This document shows positions 15,601 to 24,776 of a stretch of DNA of 32,000 nucleotides, in pieces (positions within the stretch are counted from its first letter, which is position 1; the number at the start of each line of letters is the position of its first letter). The translations under genes were made by a program, and so were the position numbers. Source of the DNA: Nostoc punctiforme PCC 73102. GTDB taxonomy: Bacteria; Cyanobacteriota; Cyanobacteriia; Cyanobacteriales; Nostocaceae. The notes below the pieces were generated by a model, which saw only the letters and a program-made list of their open reading frames with translations, did no database searches and was not told where the DNA came from. The DNA lies in the NCBI RefSeq assembly GCF_000020025.1, contig NC_010628.1, forward strand, positions 2,520,001 to 2,552,000, in the 5' to 3' direction.

Positions 15601-18600
15601 CTTAACAACGTAATCGATACTAATAGCTTCTAGTGGCGAAAGAACTTCTTGTCTGTAGCTATTGAGTTCGGGTAGCAACTCAGCGATTTGAGGATTTAGG
15701 TCAGAGCTAATTTGTTCAGGAGTCGGCAGATAATTGGGATAAAGTTCCTTGCCAAAACGAGCCTGAGAACGCCAATTTAACTCGTAGAGCCAATCTTGGA
15801 TAGATTCTGCTGTCACTTGCTGATGATGCTGTTTCACCAACTGGGTTAGCATCTCTAGTAATAGTTCTTGCTGTTCTGGGGAGTAGTTGCTTGTGGTTGC
15901 AAGTTGTTGCAATAACTCCTGAGTATTTCCTTGGTCAATCAGGCGGACAATAGAAGTAGAAGCTGTTGATTGCGATCGCGCTAATTGAGCTTGCTTTTGT
16001 GGGGTTTCTATCCAGTAGCGCTGGCGTTCCCAAGGGTAGGTAGGTAATGCTACTTTGTGACTGGGGCGATTGCTAGACCACTCCACTGTCGCACCAGATA
16101 CATACAACTGCCCTAAACTTGACAGCAAACTTTGCCAATCTGACTGCCCTGGACGCAAGCTAGGTAGCCAAACTCCTGTAGATTCTGGCAGACATTGCCG
16201 AGCCATAGACAACAGAGTTGGTTTAGCACTGAGTTCGACAAATAATTCGTACCCATCTTGGTGCAATGTTTGGATACTCATCTCAAATTGCACAGCTTCC
16301 CGCACATGCCGTACCCAGTATTGAGGAGTAGCAATTTGCCCTCCTGCTACTTGTCCAGTGAGGTTGGCAATAACAGGAATGCGAGGTTGCTGGTACTTGA
16401 CTTGACGAGCAACTGCCTCAAACTCTGCCAGCATCGGTTCCATCAAGGTTGAGTGGAAGGCGTGAGAAACACTCAAGCGCTTGATTTTACCTCCATTAGC
16501 TGATAAAGCTTTGCAAACTGCTTCTAATGGTTCCACAGCACCAGAAATTGTAAAGCTGCGTGGACCGTTATGGGCAGCGATTGCTACTTGTTTTGCATAA
16601 GGAGCCAGTGCTTGTACTAGTTTCGATTTATCAACCAAGACGGCAGCCATCGCCCCGCCACTTGGCAAAGCCTGCATCAGTTTGGCACGACTGGCAATCA
16701 ACTTCAGCCCATCAGCTAAACTAAACACGCCAGCAACGCAAGCAGCAATGTATTCTCCAACACTATGCCCCAAGACAGCATCCGGTTGAATCCCCCAAGA
16801 TTGCCATAATTGATAAAGGGCGTATTCTACAGCAAACAGGGCGGGTTGGGTGTAGGCGGTTTGGTCGAGAAGATGGGAGGAATTACCCCACAGCAGTTCT
16901 AGCAGAGGTACATCTAAATACGGGCGTAAAATTTCCGCGCATTCGTCAAGGGCGGCTTTGAAAGTGGGTTGAGTGGCGTAGAGTTCTTGACCCATTCCGG
17001 CTTGTTGAGAACCTTGTCCAGCAAACAAGAAGGCGATTTTGGATTTAGTTGCGGGTTGTTGACCTTGCCAAATACCTGTAACGTTAGTCTCACCAGCCGC
17101 TAAAGCTGCTAGTTGGTCGCATAGTTGGCTGGAGGAGTTAGCTACCAAGCTGAAGCGGTAAGGAAAATGGGAACGTCCGGTGTTAGCACTGAAGCAAACA
17201 TCGGCCAAGGATAGTTCCGGGTGAGCTTTGAAGTAGAGGTGATAGCGGGAGGCAAGTTTTTGCATCACCTCTGGGGTTTTGGCTGAAAGGGTGAGGAGAT
17301 TGAAGGGTTGCTCAGGGTTTGTTACAGACGATGTTCCAGAAGTGGGGGATTCTTCTAAAACGACGTGGGCGTTAGTCCCACTAAAACTAAAAGCACTCAC
17401 TCCGGCAATGCGGCGATCGCCAGGTACAATCCAAGGTGTAGATTGTGTAGGTACGGTAATCGGTAGTGCTTCCCAATTGATATGAGGATTGGGCTGTTGA
17501 AAGTGCAAGTGAGGAGCAATTTCTTGATGTTGCAATTGCAATACAACCTTAATCAAACCTGCAATTCCGGCGGCGGCTTCTAAATGACCGAAGTTTGTTT
17601 TAACAGAACCAATATTTAGAGGATTACTTGGAGAGTGGTTCTTACCAAAGACAGCACCTAAAGCTCCAACTTCAATGGGATCTCCTAAAAATGTACCAGT
17701 ACCGTGGGCTTCGACATAGCTGACTTGAGCGGGTTCTACGCCTGCGGTTGCCAAGGCGCGTTGGATGACTGCTTCTTGGGATGGGCCGTTAGGGACAGTT
17801 AAGCCACCACTGGGGCCATCTTGGTTAACGGCAGAACCCCGAATCACCGCTAAAATCCGGTCTTGGTCTGTGATTGCATCTGATAAACGCTTCAAGACGA
17901 TGATTCCGCAACCTTCCCCCCGTGCATAACCATTAGCTGCGGCATCAAAGGTTTTACAGTGACCGTCGTCAGCCAGCATCCGAGCTTTCGAGAAAGTTAA
18001 ACTAGCTTCTGGGGAGAGGATTAAGTTAACTCCACCTGCTAATGCTAAATTACATTCGCGCTGGCGTAGGCTTTGGCAAGCTAAATGCACAGAAACTAAA
18101 GATGAAGAACAAGCTGTTTCTACGGCAAAACTTGGCCCGGTTAGTCCGAGAAAATAAGACAAGCGTCCAGCAGCAGCGCTAAATGCTTTACCGGTGCCAA
18201 AGTAGGCATCAATACCTTCGCGTCCCTCTGCATCGAGGAGGCGTTGACTGTAATCGTCAGCACTAATACCGATAAAAACTCCTGTGGGACTGTTAAATAA
18301 GTTTTGCGGAGTTTGATTGGCATTTTCCATCGCTTCCCAAGTGACTTCGAGGAGCAAGCGCTGTTGGGGGTCGAGGCTGATGGCTTCACGCGGTGAGATA
18401 TTAAAGAAGTGGGGGTCAAAACCATCTACTTCAGCTAAGAAACCACCGTTACGAGTGTTGATTTTACCTGGTTTGCTGGGGTCTGGATCGTAGTAAGCAT
18501 CAACATCCCAGCGCTCTTTGGGAACTTCGGTGATAGCGTCTACTCCGTTGCGGAGGAGTTCCCAATATGCCTCGGGGCTATCTACACCGCCAGGAAAGCG

Positions 18601-18726
18601 ACAACCTAATCCAACGATCGCAATTGGTTCTGCTTTGAGTAATTCTAGTTTAGATTCTAATTGTTGAGCTGCGAAGGCTAGTTTGACGGGGGACATCTCG
18701 GAGATGCGTTTAGAAAAGCTGTTCAT
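12676..18726 (-). CDS. Type I PKS module KS-AT-cMT-KR-ACP (second extension module)
   Basis: 2016 aa. Approximate domains: KS 17345-18630 (TACSSS, HGTGT, NFGH); AT 16275-17040 (GHSVGE, HAFHS); C-methyltransferase 14620-15790 (SAM motif LEIGAGTGGTT at about 15115-15153); KR 13380-13945 (GGLGFLG, no LDD motif, Y in DYDAANHF); ACP 12860-13080 (MGMDSL). There is no DH. Confidence 0.92.
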   Translation of the reverse strand: MNSFSKRISEMSPVKLAFAAQQLESKLELLKAEPIAIVGLGCRFPGGVDSPEAYWELLRNGVDAITEVPKERWDVDAYYDPDPSKPGKINTRNGGFLAEVDGFDPHFFNISPREAISLDPQQRLLLEVTWEAMENANQTPQNLFNSPTGVFIGISADDYSQRLLDAEGREGIDAYFGTGKAFSAAAGRLSYFLGLTGPSFAVETACSSSLVSVHLACQSLRQRECNLALAGGVNLILSPEASLTFSKARMLADDGHCKTFDAAANGYARGEGCGIIVLKRLSDAITDQDRILAVIRGSAVNQDGPSGGLTVPNGPSQEAVIQRALATAGVEPAQVSYVEAHGTGTFLGDPIEVGALGAVFGKNHSPSNPLNIGSVKTNFGHLEAAAGIAGLIKVVLQLQHQEIAPHLHFQQPNPHINWEALPITVPTQSTPWIVPGDRRIAGVSAFSFSGTNAHVVLEESPTSGTSSVTNPEQPFNLLTLSAKTPEVMQKLASRYHLYFKAHPELSLADVCFSANTGRSHFPYRFSLVANSSSQLCDQLAALAAGETNVTGIWQGQQPATKSKIAFLFAGQGSQQAGMGQELYATQPTFKAALDECAEILRPYLDVPLLELLWGNSSHLLDQTAYTQPALFAVEYALYQLWQSWGIQPDAVLGHSVGEYIAACVAGVFSLADGLKLIASRAKLMQALPSGGAMAAVLVDKSKLVQALAPYAKQVAIAAHNGPRSFTISGAVEPLEAVCKALSANGGKIKRLSVSHAFHSTLMEPMLAEFEAVARQVKYQQPRIPVIANLTGQVAGGQIATPQYWVRHVREAVQFEMSIQTLHQDGYELFVELSAKPTLLSMARQCLPESTGVWLPSLRPGQSDWQSLLSSLGQLYVSGATVEWSSNRPSHKVALPTYPWERQRYWIETPQKQAQLARSQSTASTSIVRLIDQGNTQELLQQLATTSNYSPEQQELLLEMLTQLVKQHHQQVTAESIQDWLYELNWRSQARFGKELYPNYLPTPEQISSDLNPQIAELLPELNSYRQEVLSPLEAISIDYVVKAFQDLGWNFQIGSRFSTESLAQQLGVISQHRRLWQRLVEMLAEVGIVQRLGTQWEVTQVPQKGDPQAQIEHLHHQYPAAQAELTLLGNCGPNLAEILQGKCDPLQLIFPDGDATIATQFYQESPGARVMNILVRQAVSSALQQLPVGRGLRVLEIGAGTGGTTAHLLPLLSQEQTEYVFTDVSPVFLGQAQQKFPDYPCLRYQTLDIEKDPISQGFPAEQYDIIVASNVLHATKDLRVTMQHARQLLAPGGILVLMEVTARQRWLDLIFGLLDGWWRFEDVDLRPDYALLTTVQWQKLLKEVGFSTTTALPSITQNSGVLPEQAVMVAQVAKIPAYSSQNWLILADQQGIGQQLANQLRSQGQECVLVFQGEKYRDLGEQSFVVAPDRLEDFSRLLTSQSAINKVVHLWGLDAPNADVLTVEGIKTATHNGCGSILHLIQAILQAEASQLPRLWLVTEGTQAIANQVLPLPGIAQSPLWGMGKVISLEHPEAWGGMIDLEPGLASEKAASILQAEILESDGEDHIVFRQQQRYVARLVRSQHPENLQNLKFQADGSYLITGGLGFLGLKLAQWMVEQGAKEIILAGRRGLPPRQQWASLSENTEEGRKVKAIQALEAKGAKVTILVVDVCDLVQMSLALKQVHTIHSPLRGIIHAAGVTPGYQALQNLDSKTLEAVLYPKTVGTWVLHCLTQEIKLDFFVCFSSAGSVWGAKGQGDYDAANHFLDTFAHYRRSIGLPALSVNWALIGSGGMVNAEYDRWLSRIGIEEFPAEAGFNALGFLLAANVTQTVVAKVDWGKFKAVYEANKQRRLLLDIEVASENEPEEATVKQPEILEKLKTAQECDRHDLLVAYLQSEVAQVLGLGSAHLPDPQQGFFNMGMDSLITLELRNRLAASLNCTLPSTLAFEFPTINDLVAYLSTEVLGWESSVTETLELPITHEQVNTLFEIEQLGEDEIEASISQRLARLESFLQDAN

Positions 18727-18762
18727 GGTAGTTAGGTATTGGTGAAAATATGAATTTTTATC

Positions 18763-18811
18763 ACGCAGAGGCGCAGAGAGTATTTAGGGATGGCTTTGCG
18801 TTCCTCTGCGT
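18763..18811. repeat. Hairpin-forming pair of the CGCAGAGG dispersed motif (9-bp stem, 31-nt loop)
   Basis: ACGCAGAGG at 18763-18771 pairs with CCTCTGCGT at 18803-18811. It lies in the spacer between the module-1 stop and the module-2 start. Confidence 0.7.
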
Positions 18812-18828
18812 TTAAAGAAGTTACGATT

Positions 18829-21800
18829 TTAGGCGTGGGATAAATTGACTAATTTGTTTTGGATGTCAAATTCTGACATCTGCTCTAGTTCAGAAAGCAG
18901 TGCTTCTAGTTCATCATCTTGAGCGATTTCCACCGTTGCTGCTGTGGTTGACTCTAAAGCTAGTACTTCCCGCGAGAGATAATCTACCAGTGCTTCGAGT
19001 GTAGGATAATCAAACAGCAGCGTTGTGCGTAGCGAACAACCTAAGCTTGACTCCAAGCGATTCTTTAACTCGATCGCCATCAGAGAATCTACACCCAAGT
19101 CGAACAATCGTTGGCGAGGCTCAACTTTTTCTGGAGAATTCCATCCGAGTATTTGAGCGATTTGTGAACGGACATGAGTTGCTAGGAGTTGTTGACGAGT
19201 ATTAGGTGGGCTATCTTCTAATTGGTTGAGGAATTGCGATCGCTCGTTCACTTTTGTTGAGGTTGGCGCTAGCACCTCGAACAGTTTCAGATTGGTTCGG
19301 CTAGAAAACTGTTTAACAAACAAAGACCAATCAATTGTCATTACTCCGACTTGCGGGATTTGCTGAGTTAATAATTCTCCCAACACCTGCAAACCTTGTT
19401 CTGGGTTAATGGGAACGATTCCCTGGTCTTTCAATCTGGCTTGTTCTCTACTTCCCAAATTAGCTGCCATTCCGGTTTCTGCCCAAGGGCCCCAGTTGAT
19501 AGTTAATCCAGGTAAACCCAATCCCCGGCGATAGGAAGCGAGGGCATCCATGAAGGCATTAGCGGCTGCATAATTGCTTTGACCAACTGAACCGATGAGG
19601 GAAGCAATGGAAGAGAAACAGACGAAGAAATCTAAAGGCAAGTCTTGAGTTAAGGTGTGCAGATTCCATGCTCCAGCTACTTTTGGAGCCATGACGCGGC
19701 TAAAGCGCTCCCAAGATTGTTGCAGGAGGAGTCCGTCATCTAAAACCCCGGCGGCGTGGATGATGCCGCGCAAAGGAGGATGAGATGAGCGAATTTGCTG
19801 GAGACACTGGGCGACTTCTTGAGGATTGGTGATGTCTGCGGTAATAATTGTGACTTCTACCCCAGCCGTTGCTAAACGAGCGATCGCATTTTGAGCGTCT
19901 GTCGAAGGTGAACGGCGACCCACCAACACTAAATGCTTTGCTCCTTGCTGGGCAAGCCATTGCGCTACTTCTAGTCCGAGCGCCCCAAGTCCGCCGGTAA
20001 TCAGGTAAGTACTTTCAGATGTGACTGGGATTGGAGATTTCGTAAATTGGGCGCGGACTTGTTCTAGGCGGGCTACATATCGTTTGCCTTGGCGATAGGC
20101 AATTTGGTCTTCTGTGTCTGTGGAGAATAACTCAGCTAGCAAAATTTGAATATCTTCGGTGGCAGTTAGCGGTAGGTCAAGGCGTGTGCAGTTTAGTTCT
20201 GGATGCTCGATCGCAATTACCCGACCTAATCCCCAAAGTGTAGTCTGTGACAGTTGTAGAGGTTCGAGATTGCTATCAATAGCTTGAGTACCTCTGGTCA
20301 CCAACCACAAGCGCGGTTGAGTTTGCTGCTGGGATTGTACAAGCGCCTGTACTAAATGTAGAACGCTGGCACAACCTAATGTTTGTGCTTTGTCAAGACC
20401 CTGTAGGGATAAATTTTCAGTTGTGTCTTCTGCTAAACCCCAGAGGTGAATGACACCATCTAAGTTAGGAATATCTTGCAGCAGTTGGCGGAAGTGTTCT
20501 GGTTCTGTGGGGTCAAGCTGGTAATGTTGGCTGCCTAACTGGTGGTAAATTTCTCCGACTTCTGCAAGTATACTGTAGTGTCCTTGCTGTTCTAGCTGTT
20601 GAGCTAATTCCAGCCCGTTTTCTGTACCATCAGTGAAAATCAACCAATTTCCTGGTTCGTGGTTGACTGGAGATGCTACATTTTCTTGCAGTTGCCAGTG
20701 GATTTGATATAACGAATCTCGTCCTTCCGATTGCAGACTATTCAGTAAAACGGCACGAGAGGCTTTTCTCGCTTCAAAGCCAATTACTTCTGCTATTATC
20801 TGTCCAGCATCGTCAAATAAGTAGAGGTCGCCAACTCGCTTGTCTTCCTGGGATTCTGTCCCGTGTTGCAACCGCGCATGACACCAAAACACATCACTGC
20901 TGGGACGTTGGAAAAACCGGAATTGTTTGATGCTCAAGGGAATAAATGTCTCGTCGCCGTTGATTGTCCCCGTTGCTGCCAGAATTAAATGGAAACATGA
21001 GTCAATTAAGCCTGGATGCAATTGATATTCAGCAGCATCAAAGGCAGCCGGAGGTGCTTGCAAACAACCTAACGCTTCTCGTTCTCCGAGCCAAACTGTG
21101 TTGAGCCAACGGAAGCTAGCTCCTAATTCAATCTGGCGTTCCCACTGCGCTTGATAAAGGTCTGCGCCTGGTATTTCTTGGTTACAGCGCTTTTGAATCT
21201 CACTCCACGAAACAGGCTTTAGGGTGGTATTATTAGCCGATACTTGAGCGATCGCATGAACAATCCAACTCACCTGTTCTTGAGGATGAGAGGGATTTTC
21301 AAAACTCAAGACTTGTGCGGCTAAGTTACCTGATTCTTCAGGTGTCAGTGCTAATTGTACAGTTCGCTCTTTGCCTTTAGCGATCGCCAACGCTTTCGGA
21401 AAAACGATATTCTCCAACAAACAACCCGGTTTCCCAAATGTTAATTCTGCTGCTGCCAACAACAGCGATAAGTGAGATGCTCCCGGTACCACTATTTCGT
21501 TATAAACTAGATGGTCAGCGATAAATGGCACTAATTCAGTATTAAAGCGAGTTTCAAAGAAAGTTTGTTTAGAAAGGGGCGATCGCAACTGCTTGTCTAC
21601 GAGTGGGTGCAATTTACTAGTTGGCTTTCCAGATAAGCTCTTTAGCCAGTAACGCTGACGTTGCCAAGGGTAAGTAGGTAATACTATTTTGCGACTAGGC
21701 CGATTGCCTGCCCAACCAGACCAATCCACTGTGACACCAGATACATACAATTGCCCTAAACTTGTCAGCAAGCTGTGGGAATCTGACTGTCCTGGACGCA

Positions 21801-24381
21801 AGCTAGGTAACCAAACTCCGGTAGATTCTGGCAGACATTGCCGTGCCATTCCTAAGAGAGTGGGCTTTGCACTGAGTTCGACAAATAACTCATATTTTTC
21901 CTCGTGCAACGTTTGAATACTCGCTTCAAATTGCACAGCTTCCCGCACATGCCGCACCCAATATTCTGGCGTAGCAATTTCCGCTCCTGCTACTTGCCCG
22001 GTGCGATTGGCAATCAGTGGTATTCTCGGTTGGTGGTAGGTAATTGTATTGGCAATTGTCGCATACGCTCCTAGCATTGGTTCCATCAAAGGCGAGTGGA
22101 AGGCATGGGAGACGCTGAGGCGTTGCGTTTTGCCTCCTTGGGCGGCTATGGTTTGGCTAATGGACTCCACAGCAGCAACCGGCCCAGCAATGGTAAAGCT
22201 GCCGGGAGCATTATAGGCAGCAATTACTACTTCATTCTTATAAATATTCAGTACTTCTAGTAGTTTGGATTTATCTACCAACACCGCAGCCATCGCCCCG
22301 CCACTTGGTAAAGCTTGCATGAATCGGGAACGAGCCACGATTAACTTTAGCCCATCTTCTAAACTAAAGACTCCCGCAACGCAAGCGGCAATGTATTCTC
22401 CAACACTATGCCCTAAGACAGCATCGGGTTGAATTCCCCAAGATTGCCACAATTGATCGAGGGCGTATTCAATGGCGAAGATGGCAGGTTGGGTATAGGC
22501 GGTTTGGTCGAGGAGATGAGAGGAATTACCCCAGAGAATTTCTAGCAGAGGGACATCTAAACGAGTTAAGATATCGGCGCATTGGTCAATGGCAACTTTG
22601 AAAATCGGTTGAGTAGCGTAGAGTTCTCGACCCATTCCGACTTGTTGAGAACCTTGTCCCGCAAACAAAAAGGCGATTTTAGACAGTGTATCGCGGACAG
22701 GACTTGTAAGCACTCCAGCAGTTTCGTTACCTGCGTTAAAAGCTGCAAGTTGTTGCTGCAACTCGGCAATTGATTCTGTGGTAATAGCTAACCGATGGTC
22801 AAAATGCGATCGCCCCACATTAGCTGTATAACAAACATCATCAATAGATATCTCCGGTTGCGCCTCCAGAAATTCTTGATAACTTTGTGTTAACTGACGT
22901 AGAGCAACTTCATTTTTTGCGGAGACTGTAAAAAGGTTGCTGCAACTTCTCCCCTGCTCCCCTGCTCCCCTGCTCCCCTGCTCCTCTTCAGAAGGAGCTG
23001 CTTCTAAAATAATATGAACATTAGTCCCACTCATCCCAAAAGAACTGACACCTGCAAACCGTTGTCCTTCTTTAGCTGACCAAGGAGTAAGCGCCGTCGG
23101 CACCACAATCGGCAGTTTTCCCCAAGGAATGTGGGGGTTAGGATTTTGAAAATGCAGGTGCGGAGGAATTTGGCGATTAGATAAGGAAAGAACAACTTTC
23201 ATCAAGCTAGCTACACCAGCAGCGGCTTCCAAATGACCAAAGTTGGTTTTCACTGAACCGATGGCTAAGGCTTCTTCGGCTGAACGACCTTGACCTAAAA
23301 CTCTTTCTAAAGCCAACACTTCAATCGGATCGCCGAGAGAAGTTCCGGTTCCGTGGGCTTCTACATATTGAATTTGCGTCGGTTCTACCCGCGCTTCCTT
23401 TAAAGCTTGGCGAATTAATCTTTCCTGCGCCAAACCATTGGGTGCTGTGAGTCCATTACTTTTACCGTCGTGGTTGACAGCGGAACCGCGAATCAAGGCA
23501 ATGATATTATCACCGTCAGCGATCGCTTCAGACAACCGCTTCAGCACCACAACGCCGCACCCTTCCCCCCGACTATAACCATCGGCGCTTGCATCGAAGG
23601 TTTTGCAACGACCATCGGGAGCTAAGGCTTTCAGCTTACAGAAGCTAATCGTCATCGCTGGCGACAGCATCAAATTGACACCGCCTGCTAAAGCTAAGTT
23701 GCATTCCCCAGTGCGTAAACTCTGACAAGCTAAGTGGATTCCTAACAGTGAAGACGAGCAAGAAGTATCAAGTTGCAGCGTCGGCCCTTGCAATCCCAAA
23801 ACATAAGCAACGCGACCAACGGCAATACTCCGGGCACTTCCCAAGCTACTATAGGCATCAATGCGATTTAAGTCACCAGAATTGACGCTCAAACGCGAGT
23901 AATCATCTGAGCCAATGCCCACAAAAACGCCTGTGCTGCTACCTTTGAGAGACTCTGGAGGTTGACCAGCATTTTCTAAAGCTTCCCAAGCTACTTCTAA
24001 AAGTAAGCGTTGCTGGGGGTCCATACCTTCGGCTTCTCTGGGAGAAATCCCAAAAAACTCCGGGTCAAATTCATCTACTTCATTGATGAACCCACCGTTA
24101 CGTACATACATTTTACCAGGGGCATCATGGTCAGGATGGTAGCAGCGATTAACGTCCCAGCGATCGCTCGGAATTGGGGCGATCGCATCTACACCATCAC
24201 GCAGTAAATCCCAGTAAGCTTGCGGATTTTTGACTCCTCCCGGAAAACGGCAACCCATTCCAATAATAGCGATCGGTTCAGTTTTCTTTTGTTCTACGGC
24301 TTCAAGTTGAGTACGCGCGTCTAGGAGGGCTTGAAGTATGCGTTCTGATGAAGAGAGTGTTTCTGAAGTGTAGTTTGACAT
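18829..24381 (-). CDS. Type I PKS module KS-AT-DH-KR-ACP (first extension module)
   Basis: The start is taken at ATG 24379-24381 (MSNYTSE...), with GGAGAA (complement of 24392-24397) 10 nt upstream. The track start at 24399 is a TTG. Approximate domains: KS 22995-24279 (TSCSSS, HGTGT, NFGH); AT 21920-22680 (GHSVGE at about 22400-22413, HAFHS at about 22094-22113); DH 20750-21615 ([24 protein letters not shown]); KR 19480-20015 ([10 protein letters not shown] suggesting B-type); ACP 18990-19220 (LGVDSL). Confidence 0.92.
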   Translation of the reverse strand: MSNYTSETLSSSERILQALLDARTQLEAVEQKKTEPIAIIGMGCRFPGGVKNPQAYWDLLRDGVDAIAPIPSDRWDVNRCYHPDHDAPGKMYVRNGGFINEVDEFDPEFFGISPREAEGMDPQQRLLLEVAWEALENAGQPPESLKGSSTGVFVGIGSDDYSRLSVNSGDLNRIDAYSSLGSARSIAVGRVAYVLGLQGPTLQLDTSCSSSLLGIHLACQSLRTGECNLALAGGVNLMLSPAMTISFCKLKALAPDGRCKTFDASADGYSRGEGCGVVVLKRLSEAIADGDNIIALIRGSAVNHDGKSNGLTAPNGLAQERLIRQALKEARVEPTQIQYVEAHGTGTSLGDPIEVLALERVLGQGRSAEEALAIGSVKTNFGHLEAAAGVASLMKVVLSLSNRQIPPHLHFQNPNPHIPWGKLPIVVPTALTPWSAKEGQRFAGVSSFGMSGTNVHIILEAAPSEEEQGSRGAGEQGRSCSNLFTVSAKNEVALRQLTQSYQEFLEAQPEISIDDVCYTANVGRSHFDHRLAITTESIAELQQQLAAFNAGNETAGVLTSPVRDTLSKIAFLFAGQGSQQVGMGRELYATQPIFKVAIDQCADILTRLDVPLLEILWGNSSHLLDQTAYTQPAIFAIEYALDQLWQSWGIQPDAVLGHSVGEYIAACVAGVFSLEDGLKLIVARSRFMQALPSGGAMAAVLVDKSKLLEVLNIYKNEVVIAAYNAPGSFTIAGPVAAVESISQTIAAQGGKTQRLSVSHAFHSPLMEPMLGAYATIANTITYHQPRIPLIANRTGQVAGAEIATPEYWVRHVREAVQFEASIQTLHEEKYELFVELSAKPTLLGMARQCLPESTGVWLPSLRPGQSDSHSLLTSLGQLYVSGVTVDWSGWAGNRPSRKIVLPTYPWQRQRYWLKSLSGKPTSKLHPLVDKQLRSPLSKQTFFETRFNTELVPFIADHLVYNEIVVPGASHLSLLLAAAELTFGKPGCLLENIVFPKALAIAKGKERTVQLALTPEESGNLAAQVLSFENPSHPQEQVSWIVHAIAQVSANNTTLKPVSWSEIQKRCNQEIPGADLYQAQWERQIELGASFRWLNTVWLGEREALGCLQAPPAAFDAAEYQLHPGLIDSCFHLILAATGTINGDETFIPLSIKQFRFFQRPSSDVFWCHARLQHGTESQEDKRVGDLYLFDDAGQIIAEVIGFEARKASRAVLLNSLQSEGRDSLYQIHWQLQENVASPVNHEPGNWLIFTDGTENGLELAQQLEQQGHYSILAEVGEIYHQLGSQHYQLDPTEPEHFRQLLQDIPNLDGVIHLWGLAEDTTENLSLQGLDKAQTLGCASVLHLVQALVQSQQQTQPRLWLVTRGTQAIDSNLEPLQLSQTTLWGLGRVIAIEHPELNCTRLDLPLTATEDIQILLAELFSTDTEDQIAYRQGKRYVARLEQVRAQFTKSPIPVTSESTYLITGGLGALGLEVAQWLAQQGAKHLVLVGRRSPSTDAQNAIARLATAGVEVTIITADITNPQEVAQCLQQIRSSHPPLRGIIHAAGVLDDGLLLQQSWERFSRVMAPKVAGAWNLHTLTQDLPLDFFVCFSSIASLIGSVGQSNYAAANAFMDALASYRRGLGLPGLTINWGPWAETGMAANLGSREQARLKDQGIVPINPEQGLQVLGELLTQQIPQVGVMTIDWSLFVKQFSSRTNLKLFEVLAPTSTKVNERSQFLNQLEDSPPNTRQQLLATHVRSQIAQILGWNSPEKVEPRQRLFDLGVDSLMAIELKNRLESSLGCSLRTTLLFDYPTLEALVDYLSREVLALESTTAATVEIAQDDELEALLSELEQMSEFDIQNKLVNLSHA
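22950..22981 (-). repeat. Octamer microsatellite (TCCCCTGC) x 4 in the KS-AT linker of module 1
   Basis: Four perfect units at 22950-22957, 22958-22965, 22966-22973 and 22974-22981. They encode [12 protein letters not shown]. Confidence 0.95.
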
Positions 24382-24534
24382 TTTATACCAATTCTCCAAA
24401 ACAAGGCAACAGATTTAAATTTGGAAACCCAGACAAAATGCATATTTGTGAGATGATTTATCTCAGGCAGAAGCATCTACCGTGTATACACAAGTTTTTT
24501 AGAGTTGTTGTGTAATTTAAAGAAAGTTAATTGT

Positions 24535-24710
24535 TGCAGGTCGATGCATTAAAGGTGCGAGTCGATGCATTAAAGGTTCAAGTCGATGCATTAAAGGTGC
24601 GAGTCGATGCATTAAAGGTTCAGGTCGATGCATCAAAGGTGCGAGTTGATGCATTAAAGGTGCGAGTCAATGCATTAAAGGTGCGAGTCAATGCATCAAA
24701 GATGCGTGAC
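24535..24710. repeat. 21-bp tandem repeat array, about 8.4 units (GATGCATTAAAGGTGCGAGTC on the + strand); same family as 6661-6815 in inverted orientation
   Basis: Units begin at 24543, 24564, 24585, 24606, 24627, 24648, 24669 and 24690. The reverse complement of the 6661-6815 unit (AATGCAACAAAGATGCAGGTC) matches these units at 15-17 of 21 positions by hand alignment. The array lies in the spacer between the loader stop (24777) and the module-1 start. Confidence 0.95.
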
Positions 24711-24719
24711 TTTCTTACA

Positions 24720-24740
24720 AATTACGAATTACGAATTACG
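24720..24740. repeat. Heptamer STRR-type tandem repeat (AATTACG) x 3; reverse complement of the 12499-12530 unit
   Basis: Copies at 24720-24726, 24727-24733 and 24734-24740, plus a degenerate copy at about 24764-24774. It lies between the loader stop codon and the 21-bp array. Confidence 0.9.
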
Positions 24741-24776
24741 TTAGCGTAGCGGGGCGTAGCCCATTACGAATTATTA

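Noticed and set aside
20020-20700. Possible enoylreductase domain between DH and KR in modules 1 and 3 (also about 8075-8790)
   Set aside because: The segment is only about 230 aa, lacks an NADPH-binding GGVG-type motif, and matches the usual KR structural (pseudo-KR) subdomain. No ER is called.
21480-21560. DH active-site motif reads [10 protein letters not shown] in module 1 and HLVYSEVVVP in module 3 instead of the canonical HxxxGxxxxP
   Set aside because: The catalytic His and the Pro are present, as is the downstream DxxxQ/H motif (DSCFH, DSCFQ). A change of Gly to Asn or Ser alone is not good evidence of inactivity, so both DH domains are called as probably functional.
3883-24207. About 35 short ORFs (60-95 aa) on either strand nested inside the PKS genes, e.g. 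3883-4161, 5116-5340, 8292-8528, 14409-14627, 20673-20930, 24010-24207
   Set aside because: All lie entirely within long ORFs that carry unambiguous KS, AT, DH, KR and ACP motifs. They show no recognisable motifs and are the expected by-product of long coding regions.
24531-24749. Plus-strand ORF encoding a perfect heptad repeat, VDALKVR x 8, a coiled-coil-like mini-protein
   Set aside because: It is tempting because the 7-aa period looks like a coiled coil. However, it starts at a TTG without a Shine-Dalgarno. In the related inverted array at 6661-6815 the same frame reads VNATKMQ, so the peptide is not conserved while the DNA repeat is. It is treated as non-coding repeat DNA.
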